DNA of 63,006 bases, counting the filler, from Syncephalis fuscata S228 (Eukaryota > Fungi > Zoopagomycota), in assembly GCA_025786725.1 (NCBI GenBank). It is 4 parts of 4 records of this genome, joined end to end, with 100 filler letters (N's around TTAATTAATTAA, not from the genome) between each part and the next. Parts side by side here need not be neighbours in the genome. Positions count along the whole stretch, not along the records: positions 34,431 to 55,207 come from JAHLTZ010000159.1; positions 55,308 to 63,006 come from JAHLTZ010000322.1; 2 more parts are not named here. The stretch is one strand, 5' to 3'. The notes below the pieces were generated by a model. It ran no database searches, was not told the origin of the DNA, and saw nothing but the letters and a program-made list of their open reading frames with translations. Positions 48,848-61,051 of this stretch are shown in pieces. Position numbers and translations under genes: made by a program. Within the stretch, counting starts at the first letter, position 1. Each line of letters opens with the position of its first letter.

Positions 48848-50022
48848 ATGATTTCTAAGGCCAATATCAAAGTGGCCATCATTGCCAGTCTTTTTACCTT
48901 GATGGCTGTAGTGCCCTTTACCGCATCCACCTTTATTTCACTGGATTCTTTTAAAAACAAAGGTATTTACAATAGATTATTCAGCTATTATATATCAATC
49001 ATGTTATTTTTAGCAACCCCACCTAGTCAAGAAGTTGGCGCTTTCGGTCAGCTTGGCTTAAAAATTATAAGCACACCCGATGATATCGAAAATAAACGCT
49101 ATTTGAATGTTAAATATGGCAAACAAGAAGGAACTTTAGAATGTTACGTATTGGGGAAAATGAATGCACGTTTGCATCAAGCCTACGATGTATGTTATAC
49201 AAAAGATAACGTATTGACACACTAACGATCAACTAGATGCTATGGAAAGCAAGGTTTGCATTAAGAGACGGTCTTGCCGATGGCCGTGACTTTATTTATC
49301 AACCTATTCATGTATTTGAAATGGATAAAAAATACTGTGTAGTTTTACCAAAACTTGAATGCAAAAAGACGTTCGAGCAGTATGCAAATGGCTTGTTAAG
49401 CTTTAGAAAACCCATGATGTTCTCATATTATGTTGATCAAATTGGTAGAGGTAACTATCAATTCCTAGTTTTTGCATCCTACTTACTAATACGCACTAGC
49501 TCTCGGTTATTTAAATCGAGCCGGCATTGTTTATCCTGACATTAGTGCAAAAAGTGAGTTATTATCAATTGGCAAATCAATTGTGCTAATTTAGTTTAAT
49601 TTTTAGATATATGTGTTATTTCGAGTTTTTCAAAAGATGAAATTATTATAAATCATAAATTTATGGACTTTGGCTACTTTGACGTTAAAGAAAAGAAAAG
49701 ACTAGGACAAATGGCAGATCCATATAATACTTTTAGTGCTCCCGAGGTATTTACAGGACAAAACTACGATTTGGTTAAATACAATGGATGGACATTTGGC
49801 ATTCTTATCTATCGTTTACTGGCATCAAAGGCACTACTTGAAAAATTGGATCAAATGCCAGACAGCTTAAAAGAATATCAAAAACTACCGCCACTTTATG
49901 ATGCTAAACAGCTAGAAAAGTTACATCCTGACCTTCGCCAACTGTGGAACACTATGAACAACCTACTAAAGAAGGATCCAGTTTATCGTTCTAGTCCCGG
50001 TAGAACTTTACGCTCGACGTAA
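48848..50022 (+). CDS. Signal-peptide-bearing protein kinase-like protein, multi-exon, probably a pseudokinase
   Basis: N-terminal MISKANIKVAIIASLFTLMAVVPFTAS; spliced reading gives ALGYLNRAGIVYPDISAKNI, MDFG, APE, WTFGILIY and LLKKDPVYR. Confidence 0.8.
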
Positions 50023-50242
50023 ATAGGTAAATACTTGCATTCAGTTGTCCAGTATCAATCACTAGCAGTAAACCACTGTTTACTCTACACCATATCAATG
50101 GATTCCACCAATTAATGATTGACTAATGGTATTAATAAACTGTATTTATTGCTCGTTCTAGTTATCATTTTTTATACAATCCGCGTCATTTTCCTATTAT
50201 TTTCGTGTATTTTCTCTACTCTATACTGCCCATTACTATAAT

Positions 50243-53200
50243 ATGACAACTACAAATACGTCGTTAATCAAGCAAGTAGACGACGATAAGCTGCACTCTT
50301 TGCAGTCTGCGACACTGTCACTTTCTGCTCCACATACTGCTGAGGATTACTGCTTTCCTTTTCCGCCTTACAACATTCAACTTGATTTTATGCAATCTCT
50401 TTATACTGCCATAGAGACCGGCAAAGTTGGCATCTTTGAAAGCCCAACCGGCACGGTAATCAACTATTTGGATAGACACGTTTATTATAGACTTTTGTAA
50501 CTAACTCGCAACGTCGACAGGGTAAATCACTTAGTCTTCTATGTGGTGCATTGCGCTGGATACAAGATAACAATACGCGTAATGAGCAACAATATGAAGC
50601 ACAGCTACGACAAAGCTTAGAAACAACAAATAATGAAGGTAATGGTTGTAGTAAAACTGAATAAAAATAATTACTTAACCATTTGATGGTATTTGCAGAA
50701 CCAGACTGGATTATACAATATCAAATAGATCAATGGAAAAAAGAACAAACGATACTCCGAGAAACGAGAGAAGCAAAACGCATTGCTTCTCAACAAGCAA
50801 GAAGTAAAGCACGATATATTAAACATAGTCGTGAATCTACAGATAACTCATTACGATCTAAACGACAGGTAAATATAACAAATGTACTTGTTAAATAACC
50901 AATATCCAGTATTCATCTATTCCATTTATATATATATATGAATAGAAATTAGATATAGATGAGACATTAGTTGAAATAACCAAATCTGAATCAACCTTTC
51001 TTTTAGATGAAATCAACGATGGTTCTAATTCAACTCAAAGTATAGTAAATAAAAATAATCAAAGTAATGATACTACTTATCTTACAGATCAAGTACGCTC
51101 ACTTATGGCTCAGTAAGTACAATAAATAATGTATTAGTGCATTATATTTAATTAAGATAGACTGGAGGCACATGAAGAGATACTACCGCCCATTAAACAA
51201 TTATCACAAGATGTATCAACTGGTGTCACTAAAGTAACTACTATCGTCTATCTTGTATTGATTATTAATCATTATTTATGTAGATATTCTATTGTTCACG
51301 TACACATTCCCAACTATCTCAATTTGTACAAGAATTACGCAAAACAAGTTATGCCCATAAAGTGCAGTGTATATCATTAGGATCTCGTCAATCATTGTGT
51401 ATCAATCCGGCAGTACGGTCTCTGGGTTCAGTAACTCGTATGAATGATCGTTGTTTAGAATTACGCTCTAAAGGTAGTATTTAAATAATAATAACAATAA
51501 TAACAATAGTAATGAATAAATTAGGTGCTAAACAGCAATGTTCATATTATGGAACAACTCAAAATGATGTCTATCAATCATTTACTAATCATTTACATGT
51601 AATTATAATTAATTAATATAATACAGTACAATTAACTAACTATTACTATTACTAGGACACTATTCATGATATTGAAGAGCTGACACTATTGGGAAAAGAA
51701 CTAGGTGTGTGTCCCTATTATGGCATCCGTCAAAGTCTACCAGAATGTCAGGTAAATTATAGAGTTAAATATTAATAATTAAATAGTTGGTGATTAATGG
51801 TCATTATTAGCTTATTACATTGCCTTATCAATTATTGTTGCAACCATCAGCCCGTCAATCTTTGGGTATATCTCTTGAAGGGCATGTAGTAATTGTCGAT
51901 GAGGCTCATAAGTAAATACTTTTGTATAACTATATACATACAGCTAATCAGTCAATGAATATATTGATAGCTTGGTCGATACTTTGACACAGATACATAC
52001 TGTGACGTTAACTCATCTACAAATAGAAGCTACACAGCGTCATTTATCTGCCTATCTTACTCGATATAAAGATAGACTCTCAAGTAGTAATGCAACACGA
52101 GTCCGTGAACTATTAGTCGTTATTAATGCGTTAATATCTTTTACACGTCGTTATCAACATACACCATCAAAGAAAGTGGATAATAAGCTAGAACATCCAC
52201 CAACTCAAGAATCCAATTGTTATACGGCCAATGATTTCTTGCATCTATTAAATGTGGATGATATTAATATGCTGGAATTGCAAAAGTTTATTCAACAGAG
52301 CCATATTGCCCGTAAGGTATGTAGATAACTGACTATAATAATAGTGTAGTATAAGAAAGTAACATTATGCAATATTATCTAGCTATATGGATTTACTGAG
52401 CATTTAAAAGCGCAGTCTACACGCAGTAATACAACAAAAGACAATAATGATAAATCAACCATTGAATGTAATAACGACAAAGATTTATTGAATAAACGAA
52501 TAGAAAGTCAGCCGGCTATTTATTCTACAAGTTGGATGCATCAGATTGAAACATTTCTTGTTTCATTGATCAATGCTGACACTGACGGCCGTGTACTTGT
52601 TCGTAAAACTAATAATAATAACAATAGTAATAATAGTCGACCAATAGAAGTGGTTGAATTAAAGTATCTTCTATTGGATCCATCTAAATCATTTCGATCA
52701 GTTGTAGAAGAGGCAAGGGCAGTTATATTGGCGGGCGGAACAATGTCACCTATTGACGGGTTAATAGACCGACTATTCCCATATCTATCAGTTGAACAGC
52801 GTGTTCATTTTGGCTGTGGTCATGTTGTACCGCCAGAGTCACTACTTGCCTTAGTAGTAGGCCATGGACCAACAGGACATTCATTTGAACTGACCTACAC
52901 ACATCGACAGGACCATGTCCAGGTTAGTAGTAGTAGTAGTAGTCAATAGAGTAACTAACAACTAGTTAATTAACTATTTATAATATTTATTAGATGGATG
53001 GATTGGGACAGGCACTTATTAGTCTATGTCAGGTTATACCTGATGGTGTTGTATGCTTCTTTCCCTCTTATAGCTATATGGAGGCCATTTATCGATATTG
53101 GAATCAAACAAATGTACTTTTTCGATTGTCAAAAAGAAAACGCGTAAGATTGGTTATTATTGTCAGCATTATTATTATTTACAAATAACTAATCTATTAA

Positions 53201-53951
53201 TTAATAGATATTTCTAGAACCACGACAAGCAGATAAAGTAGATACATTATGGACAGCCTATACAGCAGCCATCAATACAGATGTACGATGATTGTTAATA
53301 AAGGGTATTTAATTAATCAAACTGATACAATAGATGGAACACCATGGTGGTGCCGTATTATTCTGCGTGGTAGGCGGTAAAATGAGTGAAGGTATTAACT
53401 TTTCTGATCGATTGGGCCGGTAAGCTTTGTATCAATTTATTAAATAATAGCTTATTGTGCTATTTAGGGGTGTTATTATGTTTGGTTTACCATTTCCTAA
53501 TTTGACATCACCTGAATTGCAAGAACAATTACGATTCATTAATGGCATTGAAGTCAGTTGATAGAAATGACCAGTATAATTATAACTATTATTAACTATT
53601 GGTATAGAATGAAACAGGACAAGCTATTCGACTAAATAGTAAAGGGATGAAGCATTATGAATCCATTTGTATGAGAGCAGTTAATCAATCGATTGGTAAT
53701 GAAGATTACTTATATTCATATTCATATTACTAACCATTCGTTTATTACATGGTTAAACAATAGGTCGGGCTATTAGACATTTTAACGACTATGCTACTAT
53801 TGCTTTATTGGATCACCGTTATTACAGTAATGACCGTATACGTCAGAGTTTGCCCACATGGATTCAAGATCGACTTGTAAATTGTCAACGGTTCGGCGAA
53901 GCTGTTGGTAATACTGCTCAATTCTTTCGACATCATTCAAAGCGATTGTAA
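50243..53951 (+). CDS. CHL1: Chl1/DDX11 Fe-S DNA helicase, many exons
   Basis: [97 protein letters not shown]. Confidence 0.96.
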
Positions 53952-53988
53952 TAATAGTAGTAGTGTTAGTATTAGTGACATTATCGAT

Positions 53989-55180
53989 TTAATTAAAAAT
54001 ATCTGTTAAATCTAATTTACGCTTTAATTGCGTATTATCTTTGGCAGGCCGTGATCTAATATTTGTTATTGTTTATTAATCAGCCAATACATTTTAATTA
54101 CTTACGCTTGTGATGATACAGTCGATGTAGATGATGGTGCCGTGGCAATATTACGGAATTCTGGATGGGTTGGCAGCATAGATGGATGACTCGCTAGTAA
54201 TCGTTGCATTAGTTAAGCATTCAAGTATTATATGATAACCACTTACGTAGCGGTGATTCGCGGAAATATGGGTGTGACAATGCTTGTTGCACCACTAAAC
54301 GTCGATGTGGATCATATCTTAATAGACCATGTAATAAATCAATCGTATTACCGGATACACCAGGAAATACTGCTTTTAGTGTATCATTTCTAATAGCGAA
54401 TAGATCAGTGATCAGAATAATGGTAGTATTATTAATACTTACGGCTGATAAGGTAATTGAAAAGACTTGGCCAATGGTAAACGAGAGAATTCTGGCCAAA
54501 TACCATTATGTGGTGTGCCCAACAATCGAATAATTAATAATATTTGTTCTCGTTCCACACTACCCGCCAATAATGGCTGATGTCGTAGTAATTCCCCCAA
54601 TATACACCCGGCTGACCTATTAAAATAGACAACCAGTATAGTTATATCATATACCAGCATAATAGGCGGTTTGTAAATACCATAAATCAACTGGAGCCGA
54701 GTAATTAGGATCACCAAATAATAATTCAGGTGCCCGATACCAAAGTGTAACTACTCGTGGCGTCATGGGTCGTTTAATACGCGCATCAAATGCTCGAGCC
54801 AGTCCAAAATCCGCTAACAAATAGTGTGAATAACACATAAGCACTAATAGAGTGATTAACGACATAACATATTAAATTACCTATTTTTAAAATGCCTCGT
54901 GCAGTAAGTAGTAGATTAGAAGCTTTTAAATCACTAATCATTAATTAATATACTAATTATATACAAAGCCTATTACTAGCAATATTCGACTAATTACCGA
55001 TGAACAACACCACGATCATGACAATATGCTAATCCACGTAACAATTGCTGTATCAAACATTTTACTACATAATAAATGAGTAGCTAGAATCCAATCTATT
55101 CACCACTTACCATCGGATAGAGAATATGGTGTTTTCATATTATCAAGAACAGTAGCCAAATCCTTATATAAATAGCTTAG
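53989..55180 (-). CDS. CDK10: CDK10-like cyclin-dependent kinase, 3' part (cut by contig end)
   Basis: [11 protein letters not shown] across an intron, [44 protein letters not shown]; spliced C-terminus ends LTDIFN* at 53989. CDK10 is preferred over CDK11 on the MTP.VVTLWYR motif. Confidence 0.8.
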
Positions 55181-55207
55181 TTGACAGATAGCCGCTTAGC
55201 CATGGCA

Positions 55208-55307
55208 NNNNNNNNNNNNNNNNNNNNNNNNNNNNNNNNNNNNNNNNNNNNTTAATTAATTAANNNNNNNNNNNNNNNNNNNNNNNNNNNNNNNNNNNNN
55301 NNNNNNN
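55208..55307. other. Artificial contig linker
   Basis: 44 N + TTAATTAATTAA + 44 N. Confidence 0.98.
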
Positions 55308-55431
55308 TAATATACTAGTTGTTTCTGCTATTGTTATTACACTGATAATAAACAAGCTATTAAGCCATTGAATGTGATTTAAAGTCAAATAATTAAATTT
55401 AATACATTCAATGCAGTTGAGATAGACAATC

Positions 55432-55800
55432 GCTCTATTGAACATAATGATGGGTGGCGAGTGACATCAATCAGCACATACTCATCATCATAGATTTATT
55501 ATCTCATATGCATATACTCAGTACACATGTATCATTCCTATTCTATTCCTCACGACTATATATCATTTTATAACATACTAGACACATTTTATCGTTTATA
55601 CACACTAACACGCTTCATTTATTTCACTCATTACATTTTATGCACTATAATGTTAACACTGTTTTATATACTTTCTTGCCGTACATTTATCATTTTACAT
55701 AGCATTTTATACTCGCCTAGCCTTCTTCAATCCAAAACCATATTTACGTTTGTTCTAGCTTCATTATTAATGAGGATCGGCTCATTTCAACTCATTTACT
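55432..55800. mobile_element. Third member of the MITE family
   Basis: ctattgaacataatgatgggtggcgagtgacatcaatcagcacatactcatc... and the interior match the 38352 and 45833 copies; ends approximate. Confidence 0.65.
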
Positions 55801-57705
55801 CGTGGATATATGCTCAGTAGATTTAACACCGCCATTTACATTTTTTCATTAAATAGTCACTTTAGTATATTTATTTTATCATATAGTAGCTATGCTATAT
55901 TCAAAACTATTATTTCTTTATTTTCAGCTTTATTAGTCGTAAATTTTAGTTTATTCTGCTCATTTTATCCACTAAGTTATATGCGCTATGACTTTGACAT
56001 GGCTATTCATACACTTTCAGCAAGATCATGACTATAAGAATGATACTGAGCAAATATATAATGCATATTGTTTATTCTATAATAAATATAATATGCTTTA
56101 CAGCTACTTGAACATTGGTACAAAGATAGATATAATAACAACAAGATTATAGACATTACTGAACGTGCCGTGATGTAACTATCAGTGTGTAAAATACAAT
56201 GATGATCAACTAGCTGCCATTCTTGCATATAGCTACAATATTAATAGATCAATAAAAATATATTATCTATGATACGTTACCAGTCAATTGTAAATATATT
56301 TTGTCACTTGAAATACTGAGTGTATTTGCTGTTTTATATGACATTGCTCAATTTAAATGCATAAACGTTTAACTGCCTAGAAATAATTAAAGTGCCAATA
56401 ATTTACTAACACTCAGGCAGTTTTTGATCTATATCACAACATTTAAATTAGTTACAAATGATATTTTAATACCGTTGAATATAACTACAGGCACAAGTAT
56501 CTTATATACGTCATTGTTTTAGCGATCATTTATTTGCTCTTGTATCTAGTATAGTAAATAAATTACAACCATATATACTAAGCACATTGCTATACACATT
56601 TATGCATGTATGTTAAATATAACAAAAGCTATCAGCTATTGATACTGCAAAACAACAAGCTATTGCAAACTGTTGTAGTGGTGAGCTGGCTACAATAAGC
56701 TAACTGATATGTATCTGCATCAATAACAAGACTACGGTGATTACAACGCACCTATCAACAAATCACCTTTAAATCCAAGTTTCAATATAAACGTGCTGTA
56801 TAAAGCATTGACATTATTTATGGTTGCTAAAAGATACAGATATACTGGAATATAAATCAGCCAAATAAGTAATGAAGCAATCGTATAAATAGAAATAAAC
56901 CGTATATTATGAATATTGGAATATATACAAGTGGCTTGAATAAATACCATTATATGTTATTGCAGCTACATGTATTGTATAAATGATTTGTTATTGTTTC
57001 AGTCGTGTACACGCGTTATTATTACACGATAGTCATGGTGGTGGCGTATTTATGAAAAGTAAACACAAGATCACGTGCTATGTGCCTATTTGTTGTTGTG
57101 ACCACGCCATCCAGTTCATCGGACTATTTACCGGTTTAGCAAGGCGTACACAGACCATTTGATATTCATTTCCGATGCAGGCCTGTTTTGGCTAGTGAGA
57201 TCGTATTGAGCTGCACAAGACGCTAGTGATACTACATGTTGTATATACAAATACCCAATACAAACAAACGACAATACAAACTACTAGGTATAAATGTAAA
57301 ATAGTTTAGTTATTTACTGTGTAAAAGCCGCGCAAGATCAATCTGTAGTGCTCTATAACGCTTTCTGTTTATTTTCTTCCACAACTTCGTTTACTCACTC
57401 ACTACATTATTATAGTTTACAAAGTATCTTAAAAGTAAGCAAGTGTTGCGTTTTGTAGTTGCGTTTGCACTGGATAGTGAATGATACTATAGTTTCTGTG
57501 CCAAGTTGGTTTGTTGCGTAGCACTTTGCGTTGTGCATATTTGTTTGTTTGGCTGCGCAATGCATCCTTAGCACTTACGTATTACCATTCATCCACTTGA
57601 ACGGATAGTTCGGCTTGTTGTACTGTGGCAGAGCTTGCGTTTTGTATATTGTTTAAATGGTGTTAATTGCATGTTGTGCATTTGCTACAGCAAAAGTAGT
57701 TTATT

Positions 57706-58278
57706 ATGGCTACTCCATTCCATACGCGCGGTAGTTCTCAAACTGCCAAGCAGCCTATGCATAATCGTAAACGCACATTCTCTGAGGCGTATATGATGCA
57801 AGGCTGCAAGACGACCTTGAAAAAGGTCCGTGTGACGAAGCTGATATCGCGGCCAATACTTGCTTCGTCTGCACCATCCTTTGCCACGCCTGTCTTTAAC
57901 TTCTTTGTAAATTACCACTCGTCAAATTGGACTGTCAGCGATGCAGCTCCAATGGAAGATGTTAAAACAGCCAATGCCTTTACTTTCGAGTCGCACTATT
58001 GCTCGCCCAGCGGTGCTGCCAACAAGGCAATGCCAATGGAAGGTGTTGAGTACACCAGCACGCCCCAAGCTGCAGAGGCAAGATCAAGCGAGGATGAAGC
58101 GGTTCGAAAAGTAGCTGCTCCAAAGTCGCGCCGCAGTCTTGTGCACCGCGCTAGCGAGAAAGCACCAGTTAGTGCTAGCGATGACGAGAAGAAACAGGCG
58201 GATGTGGCCGAGGAGGAGCCGGTCGAGAGAGAAGAACTCGAAGAAGTAGTTGCACCAGGGCACGAATTATCACAGTGA
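57706..58278 (+). CDS. Hypothetical low-complexity protein (basic N-terminus, acidic C-terminus)
   Basis: 190-aa ORF, GC-richer than its flanks; apparent 5' UTR intron (GTAAGC ~57436 to TACAG 57690); no recognisable family. Confidence 0.55.
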   Translation: MATPFHTRGSSQTAKQPMHNRKRTFSEAYMMQGCKTTLKKVRVTKLISRPILASSAPSFATPVFNFFVNYHSSNWTVSDAAPMEDVKTANAFTFESHYCSPSGAANKAMPMEGVEYTSTPQAAEARSSEDEAVRKVAAPKSRRSLVHRASEKAPVSASDDEKKQADVAEEEPVEREELEEVVAPGHELSQ

Positions 58279-59469
58279 CTTTTGATGACGACGAAGAAGA
58301 AGCATAGGCAAAGTAAGTAGAATATAAATTAAATAGAGCAATACTAATACTAATTTAGGCATCATTGCCATAAGGCGGGACCAGCAGACAAGCGGCACTG
58401 TACACCGGGCTCTGTTGTTCAATTATAGAACTTGACAGGGACTGGGAACAGTAGCCACTTGTCTTTTTGGTGGGCTAGCCACTTTTGCCGAATCACATTT
58501 TGTTTTATTTTGTTTTATAGGTTTTGCACCAATAAATCAGTTTATAATTATTAAAATTTACTACAAATGAATACCAATACTAATGTTTAGACAATAGCTA
58601 TTTAGGCAACAAGATACAACAACGCCATTTCTAAACTACTAATCGATTTAAATTAATATATCATTTATTATAAGTAACATACTAGTGAATATTAATATTA
58701 CACCCAATCAATATTGTTCATTAGATTTACAACAACTAGAAATCACTGTATTACTTTATACAAAATATATAATCACTTGACTAGTACAAAAACTGTTACA
58801 TAATAAATACATTCAGTTCGTCTACACAAGTGGCATATATACTATATGGCAATTGCAAACTTGTAACACTTGTTGCTGTTTAATTGTACGTATTATTATA
58901 CACTTGTTTTTATAGGAAATTAATTAACCAAGTATAATCTGGGATTCAAATGAATACATCTGATAGTATTGCGCAATCGAATTAGGCATTTATTTTATTG
59001 AGCATAAAGCTAAGTAGTAAGTTATATTGCTTATCAGAATACTTATTATTATAAATTTATCACTTGGTATGCATAGATGTATGAACAGGTGAATTAAATG
59101 AATTGGGCTTAATATTAATAAAACCAACGATACATAGCTATTGGATTGAATAATACTCGATTGCTATATAATAAGATGTTGTACAACAGGACGAATACAT
59201 ACTGATCAAAACATGAATAGCGGTGAAGCTATTGTGTATATATGCATAAGCAAATTTAAAAGAAATGAGTTGGGATTTAGTAACACCAAAGCTAAAATAA
59301 AACTAAAAACATTTTTGGATAGAGAAAAGCAGAATGTGTATAGAGTGATATATAATAGAAAGAATATAAAATATAAAAAGTGGTGTTAAACCTATATACG
59401 CATAACACAATAAATGGAATGCGTAGATTGCATTGCAAACTATAATGAATAAAATACGTTTTGTATATA

Positions 59470-59612
59470 TATAGAATGATATAGGTAGATAGAGATATAT
59501 GCATACTGGATAATGGATCTATGATGACGAGTATTTGATGATTGATGTCACTCACCATCCATCATCATGTTTAATAGATTGGATGTTATTAAATCTAGTC
59601 ATTTGACACCAA
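59470..59612. mobile_element. Inverted terminal arm of the MITE family
   Basis: gagtatttgatgattgatgtcactcacc...atcatgtttaatagattggatgttattaaatctagtcatttgacaccaaa matches the right arm at ~38718-38803. Confidence 0.7.
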
Positions 59613-61051
59613 AACTGATATAATTATAGAAAATGCCATTGGTAAACCAATGGTGTAGTTAAAAAATAGATAACAAAAAATAACCGGTTTATTAATTGAA
59701 CTACGCAGTTTGTGTAATGTAAAGATTATCAGTAGACGAATTAAAAATGCTAAAATACCAAACTACGTCACTTGCTGCATGATGTCCACGTATTACTGCG
59801 TGTTTTAGTATACAATGATTAATACTGATGAGCTAACTGGCATCAACACGTCAGCTGCTATACATACTAATGGTAGTTATTATAATGCAGTTGCTTAAAA
59901 TTACTACTATTTATTATTGAACCTATTTTTTATATATACAACTAAAATAGATAAAGTACAACAAGCTATTTAGCACAAAACAGACTAAACAGCTTAAAAC
60001 TAATCAACATAGTGGCTTATTTATTGAAAAAGGTTTATCCAGTAGTGCTACAATAAATAATGATAAAGAGGTTCTAAACTACGTCATTGGCCTGCAACTT
60101 ATTTTATTAGGCATCGGTAATCATTGCTTGCAGTTTATGGCAGTCAATGACCCATAAAAAGCACCATTGCCTAAATTATAAATGGTCTCGCTCGTTTCAT
60201 GAAGCATTATTAGCTATTAATTGGGACGATGTTGCACGCTTGGTAGGTTTTAAAATAGAACCGAGCCTACCAACCAATCGTTCGCTTTAAACTTTCGGCT
60301 CTACTATTTCTAGCGTTTCAGCTTGGCCAATTAAAGTGCAGATAATAATAGCCTGATTGCTTGGCCAGGATTACCCGCTTAGCATGTGATAGTGTTGCGC
60401 ATACTACTGACAAGTCTATAGTGATATAAATATGCTACTCGCTTTGACCATGATTGATCAGGTTGCATCGTAGCAACTTGTATCTTTCATTATTCTAGCA
60501 CTGTTATTCATTTTTGGCCTATTTAAACCATTCGCTTCTTACCTAGTTTAACATGAAATTGGCTGCCACAATCATACTACTCTTGCTGTTTTGGTCGCAG
60601 TCGCCTCTGTCAAAGCATCACCATTGCCTGCCATGCCTTTATTTGGTGTCACAGCATCTCCACTCGCTAGTAGCTTTGTTAGCGATTCGCCGGATTATAG
60701 ACGTAACGATTCGCCGGATTATAGACGTGGCAATACTTTCTTCTAATATCAATCTTCACTTGCTATTCGGCTGTTTATAAAAATAACTAATAAATCTTTA
60801 TATAATCAACACATTGTTTTGCTGTACGACGTCTTTTTAATCTCTTTCATTATTACAAATGATGGAGTGGGCACACATTTGTAATGGTTGTAGCAAATAC
60901 ATTTATAATTATTCGAATAAAATAGGAATAACAATTTAGCGAATCATCCAAATTGATCACTTTTTACAATGAAATCGTTTTATTGTGCATATTTATTGCA
61001 TCAAAGGGCTAAAATGTGTCGAACAGTTGGTTTAAAAGTTAATTAAAATGG

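Noticed and set aside
55460-57000. Short hydrophobic ORFs in AT-rich intergenic DNA (also 25513, 46075, 46715, 47873, 48158, 59292)
   Set aside because: Ile/Leu/Tyr/Phe richness follows from AT bias and MITE interiors; no splice or motif support.
60684-60728. 24-bp direct duplication gattcgccggattatagacgt
   Set aside because: Only two copies with no supporting context; a local slippage event.
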